A stretch of DNA of 64,000 nucleotides from an uncultured Planctomycetia bacterium (lineage in GTDB: Bacteria > Omnitrophota > Gorgyraeia > Duberdicusellales > 4484-171): positions 6,337 to 70,336 of the forward strand of contig CAZABB010000004.1 of assembly GCA_964483625.1 (NCBI GenBank), given 5' to 3'. Positions 19,483 through 27,401 of this stretch are shown here, in pieces. Within the stretch, counting starts at the first letter, position 1. Each line of letters starts with the position of its first letter. Both the position numbers and the translations under genes were made by a program. The notes beneath the pieces are model-generated. The model did not search any database, was not told where the DNA came from, and saw only the letters and a list, made by a program, of their open reading frames with translations.

Positions 19483-20781
19483 TTAAATCCCCAGATCAGT
19501 AGGAGCCCTTCCCAGAGATTTAAGCAGACCGATCGTTTCGGCTATCTGGTCAGGTATGGATTGCGACTGATGAGCCCGCCCGGGATAAATCGCATAGAGA
19601 TCCCGATACTCCCGCGGCGTTACGTTCAGCATAACCGAATTGGCGCCGGAAAACAGGCCCTGCCGGCGAGCCTCTGAATCCAGTGTTTCAAAAGCGGTCG
19701 TAACCAGGATTTTGCCCTGCGAAGGGTCAACCAACCGAATAAGCGCGATGACCATCTTCATATATTCGGACGATACCGAATGATGCCCCTCAAGCGGTGT
19801 GCCGGCGACGGGAATAAACGGACCGAACGAATACATCTCAGCCTTAAGTTCTCTGGCCAGAAGGATATCGTTGATAATATCTGCCGACGTCTGGCCGGGT
19901 AACCCGATCAGGCCGCCAGTTGCCACCAGGTATCCCGTCTGGTATGCCGTCCGGATAAGATCGATGCGGGCCCCAAGGGAACCGTGCGGATGCAATTGCT
20001 GGTATAATTTTTCCCGGGACGTCTCAAACCGCAACAGTATACCTCTGGCGCCGGCTTGATAATAACGCGTCAGATCCTCGCGGGAAATTTCGCCGAAACT
20101 GATAAAAACCAGCGCCCCCAACTGGTAGCGTATCTTTCTAATCACCTCCGCCAGCTCATCGCTGCGATAACCGCAATCCTCCCCGCTTTGCAGCACCAAC
20201 GCTTTAAACCCGTACTCGGTCACCGCCGCCTTCGCCGCCGCGAATATTTCTTCACCGTCCATATGATACCGGACAAGACCGGACACAGAGGTGGAAATAC
20301 CGCAATAATGGCATTCTCTGGCGCAGCGGTTGGATATCTCGATAATACCGTGGACACAACAGGCGTTCTTATGATATTTCTGTCTTAAAAAATTAGCGTT
20401 CTTACCGACAAATTCACGTTCGGCGGGATTCTCCAGACAAAGCAGATACTCCAGACTCTCTTTATCCAGACCGAACCCGTGGTTAACCTTATCCAGCAGG
20501 TTTAATACCCGCGGCGATGCGTTCTGCTCCTGGAGGTCCAGCCGGGATAACTCCAGGTCAACCTCCTGCAGGTCAAAAAACGTTTCCTTCCACGTCGCCA
20601 GGATACTTTCGGCTTCATCGGACGCGATCTTCTGAATTGCATATCCGCCCTGAGCGTAAATATAATCCCCGACGCGAAGATCGTCGAATTCATTATACGC
20701 ACGGCGTTCTTCGCCGAAATAATCGACGATCACGAATTTATCCTCGAATCGTTTTACTTTTCCCGGGATCGCGTAACACAT
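19483..20781 (-). CDS. Fusion of a HypC/HybG-type hydrogenase chaperone domain (N-terminus) with radical-SAM HydE-like [FeFe]-hydrogenase maturase
   Basis: Residues 1-75 (MCYAIPGKV…GDYIYAQGGYAIQKI…DEAESILATW) align along the whole length of HypC, and Cys2 is retained. The remainder matches HydE: IIEISNRCARECHYCG, LVLQSGED, GLPGQT, GPFIP, YRDLYAIYPG. Confidence 0.82.
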   Translation of the reverse strand: MCYAIPGKVKRFEDKFVIVDYFGEERRAYNEFDDLRVGDYIYAQGGYAIQKIASDEAESILATWKETFFDLQEVDLELSRLDLQEQNASPRVLNLLDKVNHGFGLDKESLEYLLCLENPAEREFVGKNANFLRQKYHKNACCVHGIIEISNRCARECHYCGISTSVSGLVRYHMDGEEIFAAAKAAVTEYGFKALVLQSGEDCGYRSDELAEVIRKIRYQLGALVFISFGEISREDLTRYYQAGARGILLRFETSREKLYQQLHPHGSLGARIDLIRTAYQTGYLVATGGLIGLPGQTSADIINDILLARELKAEMYSFGPFIPVAGTPLEGHHSVSSEYMKMVIALIRLVDPSQGKILVTTAFETLDSEARRQGLFSGANSVMLNVTPREYRDLYAIYPGRAHQSQSIPDQIAETIGLLKSLGRAPTDLGI

Positions 20782-20852
20782 TCGTCGCTTCGCTCCTTTA
20801 CACTGATGATCACAGATTCCAAACTGATGCTCGCAGATAATTGATCAGTGGT

Positions 20853-21095
20853 TTAATCCATATCGAAAGACACCAGTCTCAGTTCACGCGCCGGGCTCTT
20901 CTCGATCACAAGTGCCGCCCCCTCAAGAACGGTACCGGGAGATTTTTCCTTGAAGAAGAGCCTGAGCACTTCTTCGTTGATTTCGGTGAATTCTCCCATT
21001 TTAAGATACACTTTGGTAATCTTAGCCGCTTTGTTACCGCGGGCGTGATAGAGAATGTCTTCGAAGAGATCTTTCACTAAATGCATTTCATGCAT
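20853..21095 (-). CDS. hypA: HypA-like hydrogenase nickel-incorporation protein lacking the zinc finger (truncated)
   Basis: MHEMHLVKDL… matches the HypA N-domain. The ORF ends before the CxxC…CxxC Zn motif. Confidence 0.6.
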   Translation of the reverse strand: MHEMHLVKDLFEDILYHARGNKAAKITKVYLKMGEFTEINEEVLRLFFKEKSPGTVLEGAALVIEKSPARELRLVSFDMD

Positions 21096-21576
21096 GAGAA
21101 AACTCCTTTCTGATAATCTCAATGATTCTATCGGCCGTTTCTTTTACTGCCGCCGATAATCCTTCTTTAAGGTCTACCGATCCCGGCTGAATACCCAGAA
21201 ATTCCACATCGCCCCCCGTATCTTCGGCAATAAGCCGGGCAATAACTTTGAGTGAGATCATATGGGTACTTAACGCCGTCTCCGGGATTATTTCCTGATC
21301 GACCAGCCGCGCCTGACCGGCCGGGAGGCCGAAATCAGCCGCGTCAATGATCAGAATCCGCGCGGGCTTTACCGCGGCAACCTCATCGATGATATTTTCC
21401 GGGTTCTGCCCGGCATCGATCACCGTAAGCTGCCCGGTATTTTCAAGCTCGGCGGCGATATAGGGACCGACGCCGTCGTCGGAACGCAAACTGTTTCCTA
21501 CAGTAATACATACGGTATGTCCTCCGGGGTGAAAAGAAAGCGCGTTGATTACATCAGCGGTTAACGAACTTGACAT
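21088..21576 (-). CDS. [NiFe]-hydrogenase maturation endopeptidase (HycI/HyaD family)
   Basis: GNSLRSDDGVGPYIA motif characteristic of the large-subunit C-terminal protease. Confidence 0.88.
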   Translation of the reverse strand: MSSSLTADVINALSFHPGGHTVCITVGNSLRSDDGVGPYIAAELENTGQLTVIDAGQNPENIIDEVAAVKPARILIIDAADFGLPAGQARLVDQEIIPETALSTHMISLKVIARLIAEDTGGDVEFLGIQPGSVDLKEGLSAAVKETADRIIEIIRKEFSHA

Positions 21577-22879
21577 TGAGAAAATGCGCCGAACATGATA
21601 TGCAGGGATCGTATGCCCGTACCAGCATCTCCATCGTCAGGGTGATTTCTTCATCGGACTTATCGAGGATTTCCGGCACCAGTTTTTTCATATCCTGTTC
21701 GATACTGTTGACATTCTGCGAGGTAGGGATAATACAGTTGGCATTGACGATCTTCCCCTTATCATCGACCTCGTAGTTATGGAAGAGAAGTCCCCGCGGC
21801 ACCTCCACCGCGCCCACGCCGTTACCGGCTTTGACTGCAATGGTATTGTTTTCGTTTAAGCCGACGACGATCTCTTCATCCCGGTTCACTCCCTTGTTTT
21901 TGAAATGTTCGAGGATGGCGATGGATTCTTCAAGGCTGTGCACACATTCAACCAGCTGAGCCGCGGTATTGAGAAAAGAATTGTAGCAGATTTTATTCAA
22001 TCCGAGAAAATCGGCGACGGCCTTGGCTTTCGGATGCAGTTTTTTATAATTTAAATTCACCCGCGCCAGAGCCCCGACCATATACGACTGGCGGTTCCAT
22101 TTAGCGTGTTTGGCCGAAGAATGCGGCATGACGAATTCATTGGTTACCTCACGATAGTCATGTTTATCCATGCGTTTCCCGTCGGTCGAACCGACATCTC
22201 CCGCGAGCATCGGATACTCGTCGTCATCACTGACCAAACCGACATACTCGGTCTCCCGCTTGAATTCCGGAAATTTCAAGGTCTTACATAACTCAACCGT
22301 CTCCTCCATATCGACACGCATATTGACCAGGATATCCAGCATCGCGTCCAGATCTTTTTCCTTCGGCAGTTTCGTAAACCCGCCTACGATACAGGAAATC
22401 GGATGGATATGCCGGCCGACGAGAATATCACAGACATCGTTACACTGTTTTTTCATCCGCAGGGCGCGCCGGACGACTTTATTGTGACTTTCGATCAGCG
22501 GCACAAAACTCTTAACCCCCAGCAGGTCGGGAGCGACCAGTAAATAGATATGCAAAATATGACTGTCCAGGTTTTCCTGGTGCAGGAGTAATTTCCTTAA
22601 ACGCACGGTCTGCTCCGAAGGAGTAAACCCGATAGCGTCTTCAGCGGCCTGGATCGATGCCAGAGAATGGCCGCAGGCGCAGATACCGCAGATCCGGGAG
22701 GTAATATGCTGCGCTTCGAAAATAGAACGGCCCCGCAGCATACCTTCAAAAAAACGGGGGGACTCGACGATCTCAAGGCGGCATTCTTCCAATTTACCTT
22801 CCTTGACGTTTACGACAATATTCCCGTGTCCCTCGACGCGGGTAAGATATTCGACATTGACTTTAACGTTTCTTGCCAT
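21554..22879 (-). CDS. [NiFe]-hydrogenase large subunit, group 3b (sulfhydrogenase alpha)
   Basis: L1 motif RICGICACGH. C-terminal DPCISCSAH followed by a 9-aa cleavable tail. Confidence 0.92.
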   Translation of the reverse strand: MARNVKVNVEYLTRVEGHGNIVVNVKEGKLEECRLEIVESPRFFEGMLRGRSIFEAQHITSRICGICACGHSLASIQAAEDAIGFTPSEQTVRLRKLLLHQENLDSHILHIYLLVAPDLLGVKSFVPLIESHNKVVRRALRMKKQCNDVCDILVGRHIHPISCIVGGFTKLPKEKDLDAMLDILVNMRVDMEETVELCKTLKFPEFKRETEYVGLVSDDDEYPMLAGDVGSTDGKRMDKHDYREVTNEFVMPHSSAKHAKWNRQSYMVGALARVNLNYKKLHPKAKAVADFLGLNKICYNSFLNTAAQLVECVHSLEESIAILEHFKNKGVNRDEEIVVGLNENNTIAVKAGNGVGAVEVPRGLLFHNYEVDDKGKIVNANCIIPTSQNVNSIEQDMKKLVPEILDKSDEEITLTMEMLVRAYDPCISCSAHFLNVKFVNR

Positions 22880-23630
22880 CTGTTTCTGTCTCCTCCAATT
22901 CACGCGGTTTGTTGTACATATCGATTTTATTCACTACCCAGTCAAGAGGAATATTATGTTTTTCTAAAATATCCATCTGCCCGTTTTTCGCCGGATTCGA
23001 CACCATACCCCGGCAGCCGTAACAGATATTCCCGTTATTGATACACCAGGAATTACACCCGGCGCGGGTTACCGGACCAAGACAGGTAATCCCCTTATCG
23101 TACATGCATTCGTTCTCATTGAGTTTACACTCACGGCAAACGGCGTGATCGGGCACCGTATAAGGAATTCCCTGCAGGGCGCACTTTAATACTTTCACAA
23201 ATTCCGGCTGATACACCGGACACCCGTGCACGAAATAATCCACCTTCACCACCTGGTGCACCGGACAGGTAGGAATGGTCTCAAAATGCTTCGCGCCGTC
23301 TTTATACACGTATTCTTTTATTTCGTTCAGATCAAATTTATTTTTCATCCCGTTGACGCCGCCGATTGTCGCGCAGGATCCGTAGGCGATAAGAACTTTG
23401 GAACGCTTGCGGATGTTCTTGATCCGTTCGACCCCATGCGTTGTGGTAATACTGCCCTCGACGACCGCCACATCGTAGTCGCCGTCCCATTTTTCCGACA
23501 TCGCTTCTCTGAATTCGACGACATCAATTATCTCAAGAATATCAAGCAACGTTTCGCCGAAATTGGCGACCTGAAGCTGGCATCCTTCACAACAAGAGAA
23601 ATCAAAAAAAGCTACTTTTGGTTTTTTCAT
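22863..23630 (-). CDS. [NiFe]-hydrogenase small subunit, group 3 (sulfhydrogenase delta)
   Basis: N-terminal FDFSCCEGCQ proximal-cluster motif; further Cys clusters downstream. Confidence 0.9.
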   Translation of the reverse strand: MKKPKVAFFDFSCCEGCQLQVANFGETLLDILEIIDVVEFREAMSEKWDGDYDVAVVEGSITTTHGVERIKNIRKRSKVLIAYGSCATIGGVNGMKNKFDLNEIKEYVYKDGAKHFETIPTCPVHQVVKVDYFVHGCPVYQPEFVKVLKCALQGIPYTVPDHAVCRECKLNENECMYDKGITCLGPVTRAGCNSWCINNGNICYGCRGMVSNPAKNGQMDILEKHNIPLDWVVNKIDMYNKPRELEETETDGKKR

Positions 23631-23632
23631 AA

Positions 23633-24469
23633 TTATAACGCCTCGATATTATTTTTTATTTTATCGTAAGAAAATACCGGTCCATCCTGACAACAGTACA
23701 CGTCTCCGATCTGGCAATGCCCGCATTTGCCTACGCCGCACTTCATATGCCGCTCCAGCGAAAGATAGATCTGCCTCTCCGGGATCCCTTTCTTTAAGCA
23801 TTCGGCGATAACAAACTTATACATAATCGGCGGGCCGACGACGATTCCGAAAGTACGCTCGGTATCAAGCGTTACACCCGGGATCAGAGACGTGATCAGT
23901 CCGACATTACCTTTCCAATCGGGATCGGCTTTGTCGACAGTACAGTTGAAATTGACATCAAGCCTCTTCTCCCACTGCTCGACTTCCTCGCCAAACAGCA
24001 TATCCTTGGGCGTTTTACAGCCAAGAAGAATACTTACCTTGCCGAAATCACGGCGGTTATCGATCACAAAATTAATCAGCGAACGTAACGGTACAATTCC
24101 CAGCCCTCCGGCGACAAATAACAAATCATTTCCTTCCAGAATCTGTGTAGGGAACCCCACTCCGAACGGACCGCGAATACCGACGGTATCGCCGGCCTTT
24201 AAGCCATGAAGGGCATTCGTTACTTTCCCGACGTTACGCACGACCAGTTCGAAATATCCCCGGATTGTCGGGGAAGAAGAGACCGAAATCGGCGCCTCCC
24301 CCACTCCGGGGAGAGCGACCATAACAAACTGGCCCGGTTCGTGATCGAGACTTTCGCCTCCGGCCAGAGCGATTTTGAAATATTTCTCCTGAGCGGTAAT
24401 CATCTTCGCCTCGAGAATTTCCCCCGTTTTTACGTTATACGCCGATTCTTTTAACGTGACTCGTTTCAT
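23633..24469 (-). CDS. Sulfhydrogenase gamma subunit (FAD/NAD(P)-binding oxidoreductase with a 2Fe-2S cluster)
   Basis: Ferredoxin-NADP reductase-like fold; C-terminal CGVGKCGHCQ…CC cluster. Confidence 0.85.
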   Translation of the reverse strand: MKRVTLKESAYNVKTGEILEAKMITAQEKYFKIALAGGESLDHEPGQFVMVALPGVGEAPISVSSSPTIRGYFELVVRNVGKVTNALHGLKAGDTVGIRGPFGVGFPTQILEGNDLLFVAGGLGIVPLRSLINFVIDNRRDFGKVSILLGCKTPKDMLFGEEVEQWEKRLDVNFNCTVDKADPDWKGNVGLITSLIPGVTLDTERTFGIVVGPPIMYKFVIAECLKKGIPERQIYLSLERHMKCGVGKCGHCQIGDVYCCQDGPVFSYDKIKNNIEAL

Positions 24470-25500
24470 TGTGCTCCTTCGGCTAACTGATTGATTGTTT
24501 CCTTTAAATTAATCCGGGCCATACAGGTGCGCGAACACCGTCCGCACCCGGTACAAAAATACCGGCTGTATTTATCCACCGGGTATTTGAATTTACGCAT
24601 ATACCGGTGCCGCTGGCGGTCACCTCGTTCTTCGCGAAAGTTTTCTCCTCCGGCAACCTCCGCGAACGGTTCACTCTGGCAGGAATCCCAGCGGCGTTTT
24701 CTCCCCCCCGTGGTCAGATTCAAATCAATTTCATCCTCGATATCGAAACAGTAGCAGGTCGGGCACACGTTGGTACAGTTGCCGCAGGCGACACAGCGTT
24801 TATGAAGGTCCTGCCAGACGGGTGACTCGAATGATTTATCAAACAGACTTTTGAGATTATTATGAGTAACGGCAACCTCATCCTTAAAGATCTCGCGTTT
24901 CTTCTTACGCATCGCCTTTAACGCTTCCCGGTGTTCTTCTGTGGCTTTCTGAAACAGTCCGGTTTTTTCAATCAGTTCTTCACCTTCAAGCGTATTGATA
25001 TGCACCATAAAAAAATCATCAAGCTCGGTAAAAAAGAGATCATATCCTCCGTTGGGCAGATGGTTATCCATCACCTTACAGTTGGCGTACTCATCGCAAT
25101 ATTCATTACATTCAAGGCCGATGATCAGAATTCTGTTCTTACGAGCCAGGTAGTTGATATCCTTGGGCTTATCGGAAAACACCATATTCAGGCACTGAAT
25201 ACCGGCCAGATCACAGGTATGCACCCCGAAAATAATCATGTCCTGATATTCCATCACCGCGTTCCAGGCCTTTTTACTTTTATCGTATTGCTGCAGGGTT
25301 TCAGTCTGAGGCAGGAAATACTTCTTCGGCGGAAGGATTGTAGGTATATATTTAAGGGAGACTTCCTTGCCGGAGGCAACTTCCTCGAAGGCGTAATTCT
25401 TTACGCCCCGCTTAACGGGAGCCACGGTCTTTTTTATCTGAGCCAAACGGGAAATGAATTCACTGAGATCTGTTTTATGAAGGATTGCGTATTGCGTCAT
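24466..25500 (-). CDS. Sulfhydrogenase beta subunit (4Fe-4S protein)
   Basis: CVACGNCTNVCPTCYC and CTGCGRCSRTC ferredoxin-like motifs. Confidence 0.85.
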   Translation of the reverse strand: MTQYAILHKTDLSEFISRLAQIKKTVAPVKRGVKNYAFEEVASGKEVSLKYIPTILPPKKYFLPQTETLQQYDKSKKAWNAVMEYQDMIIFGVHTCDLAGIQCLNMVFSDKPKDINYLARKNRILIIGLECNEYCDEYANCKVMDNHLPNGGYDLFFTELDDFFMVHINTLEGEELIEKTGLFQKATEEHREALKAMRKKKREIFKDEVAVTHNNLKSLFDKSFESPVWQDLHKRCVACGNCTNVCPTCYCFDIEDEIDLNLTTGGRKRRWDSCQSEPFAEVAGGENFREERGDRQRHRYMRKFKYPVDKYSRYFCTGCGRCSRTCMARINLKETINQLAEGAQ

Positions 25501-25518
25501 GGTATCACCCTCTCTATT

Positions 25519-25536
25519 TTGTGAACGTGTTCACAT
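25519..25536. promoter_or_regulatory. Rex operator (TTGTGAACGTGTTCACAT) in the hydrogenase promoter
   Basis: 17 of 18 match to the Rex consensus. It lies between the predicted -10 (25548-25553, minus strand) and the start codon of the hydrogenase beta subunit. Confidence 0.8.
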
Positions 25537-25547
25537 ATATCCTGACA

Positions 25548-25576
25548 AAGATAACATAATTGCGAAATGTTGTCAA
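25548..25576 (-). promoter_or_regulatory. Sigma70-like promoter of the hydrogenase operon
   Basis: Minus strand: TTGACA, 17-nt spacer, TATCTT; the Rex box follows. Confidence 0.55.
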
Positions 25577-25616
25577 ATGAATTTTTGAAATATCGCAGAT
25601 AATGAACCGGGGAAAT

Positions 25617-26330
25617 TTACAGACCGAGGAATTTTATCGCCGCCCCGCTTAAGAAAATCGCAAGGCCCGCGGCGGCATGAGAATACCGCTGGAATCTCCC
25701 CAGGGAAAATTTCGCCAGACCGAACGCTCCGGCAAATACAACCCCCAGCATCGTTGCGATCGTGGCAAAGGCAAATACTCCCGACACCGCGATCACCGAT
25801 CCCATATTCCCTGTCGCTGCCGGATACATGAGAATAGGTATCAGCGGTTCACATGGTCCAAAGACAAAGATCGTAAACAGGACCCAGGGAGTCAGACTCG
25901 GTTTCGCCTTCGCCTGATGCACGTGCATATGCTGGTGCAGATGATTATGGTGATGAGTATGAGCGGACCCATCGGCGTGATGATGCACATGCCGATGCGG
26001 GGTTTTACGGATAACATAGCGAATACCCCAGATAAAATAGGCCAACCCGAACGCGAGCAGCAGCCAGGCGGCAATTTCTCCCCGGACCGATTCGATTCGC
26101 TCTAAATGCAGAACCGCCACTCCTAAACTGATCCCGAGAAATCCCAGGACGATCGAACTTGCCACGTGCCCGATGCCGCAGAGTACGGTGATGAACGCGG
26201 TTTTGGACATACTCCAGCGGCGGGCTTTGGACATAACGATAAAAGGCAGATAATGGTCGGGCCCCAGCACCGTATGGATGAACCCGATCGTGAACGCCGT
26301 CCCCATTAAAATGAATGTTTCATTGGTCAT
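25617..26330 (-). CDS. Nickel/cobalt transporter of the NicO (RcnA/HupE-like) family with a His-rich loop
   Basis: Six predicted TMs. HTVLGPDH and FGPCEPLIP duplicated motifs. Central loop HRHVHHHADGSAHTHHHNHLHQHMHVH. Confidence 0.7.
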   Translation of the reverse strand: MTNETFILMGTAFTIGFIHTVLGPDHYLPFIVMSKARRWSMSKTAFITVLCGIGHVASSIVLGFLGISLGVAVLHLERIESVRGEIAAWLLLAFGLAYFIWGIRYVIRKTPHRHVHHHADGSAHTHHHNHLHQHMHVHQAKAKPSLTPWVLFTIFVFGPCEPLIPILMYPAATGNMGSVIAVSGVFAFATIATMLGVVFAGAFGLAKFSLGRFQRYSHAAAGLAIFLSGAAIKFLGL

Positions 26331-26369
26331 AAATACCTCCTTCTAAAATATCTACATTTATCAGAATTT

Positions 26370-27401
26370 TTACTCGTTGGCAAGCAATTTTTCAATCAAA
26401 GCGTAGACTTCATCCGGCGAGATGCTGTCCAGACACAGAAAATCATTCTGACAATCATGCGCCCGGCACACGGGACAATTGACGTTTTTATGGATGAAGA
26501 GGGATTTTTCCCCCAGTGGCCGCCAGCGTGTGGGAGAAAGTCCGGGATTACTCCGTCCGAAAATAGAAATCACCGGAATCCCAAGTGCGGCGGCGATATG
26601 CACGGGACCGGAATCGCCCGAAACAAACAGTTTCGCCCTCTCTAAGAGAGCAGTCAGCTCAAAAAGACTGAGTGCCCCTCTTAAATCGATGACTCCTTCT
26701 TCGCCGGCGACCTCACCGGCAAATTCCTTTTCGCTCTCAGCGGTGGTTACCACAACCGGCAGGTTCAGATTTTGCCTGATCTTTTTTATCAGCGCGACGA
26801 AAGAACGCTGTTTCCATCGTTTCGACGGACAGGATGCCGCAGGATGGATCACCACAAAATCCTGTCCTTCATCGATCCCTTTCTTTTTAAGCATTTCCCC
26901 GACACTGCGCCGTGCCGAATCCTTTACCGGGACAAAAAGCGGCACATCACGCACCTGGATATCCAGCGCCCGCAGGATATCCAGCGTGTATTCACTTTCG
27001 TGTTTTTCCCCGCGGTGTTTACGGTGCGGTATTTTCTCGGTCAAAAGCCAACTCAGGTTACGATCCCACCCCACTCGTGTTTTAATCCCCGCAAGATAAG
27101 CGATCAGATGGGCCCGATTGGTAGGATGAAGAACAACGGCCAGATCGAAATTTTTCCGTCTTAAATCCCGCGCGAACCGCCACGTCGCGGGGAAACTCTT
27201 ATGAATCCCGTACTTATCGTACACGATAACCTCATTTACCTCGGGATTGTCTTCAAGCAGACCACGCGTATACGGCCGGCACATAAAAGCGATATAACTA
27301 TCGGGATAAGCCCGGCGCAGATTGCTGATAACAGGGACCGAAAGGACGACATCCCCCATCCGGTCGGTACGAATGATCAGAATGCGTTTGAACGGTTTCA
27401 T
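26370..27401 (-). CDS. Glycosyltransferase family 9 (LPS heptosyltransferase-like)
   Basis: ILIIRTDRMGDVVLSVP N-terminal GT9 motif. Confidence 0.85.
   Translation of the reverse strand: MKPFKRILIIRTDRMGDVVLSVPVISNLRRAYPDSYIAFMCRPYTRGLLEDNPEVNEVIVYDKYGIHKSFPATWRFARDLRRKNFDLAVVLHPTNRAHLIAYLAGIKTRVGWDRNLSWLLTEKIPHRKHRGEKHESEYTLDILRALDIQVRDVPLFVPVKDSARRSVGEMLKKKGIDEGQDFVVIHPAASCPSKRWKQRSFVALIKKIRQNLNLPVVVTTAESEKEFAGEVAGEEGVIDLRGALSLFELTALLERAKLFVSGDSGPVHIAAALGIPVISIFGRSNPGLSPTRWRPLGEKSLFIHKNVNCPVCRAHDCQNDFLCLDSISPDEVYALIEKLLANE

Noticed and set aside
26479-27164. Plus-strand ORFs of 206 aa and 130 aa inside the GT9 gene.
   Set aside because: They are shadow ORFs opposite a conserved heptosyltransferase, Ser/Pro/Arg-rich and without motifs.
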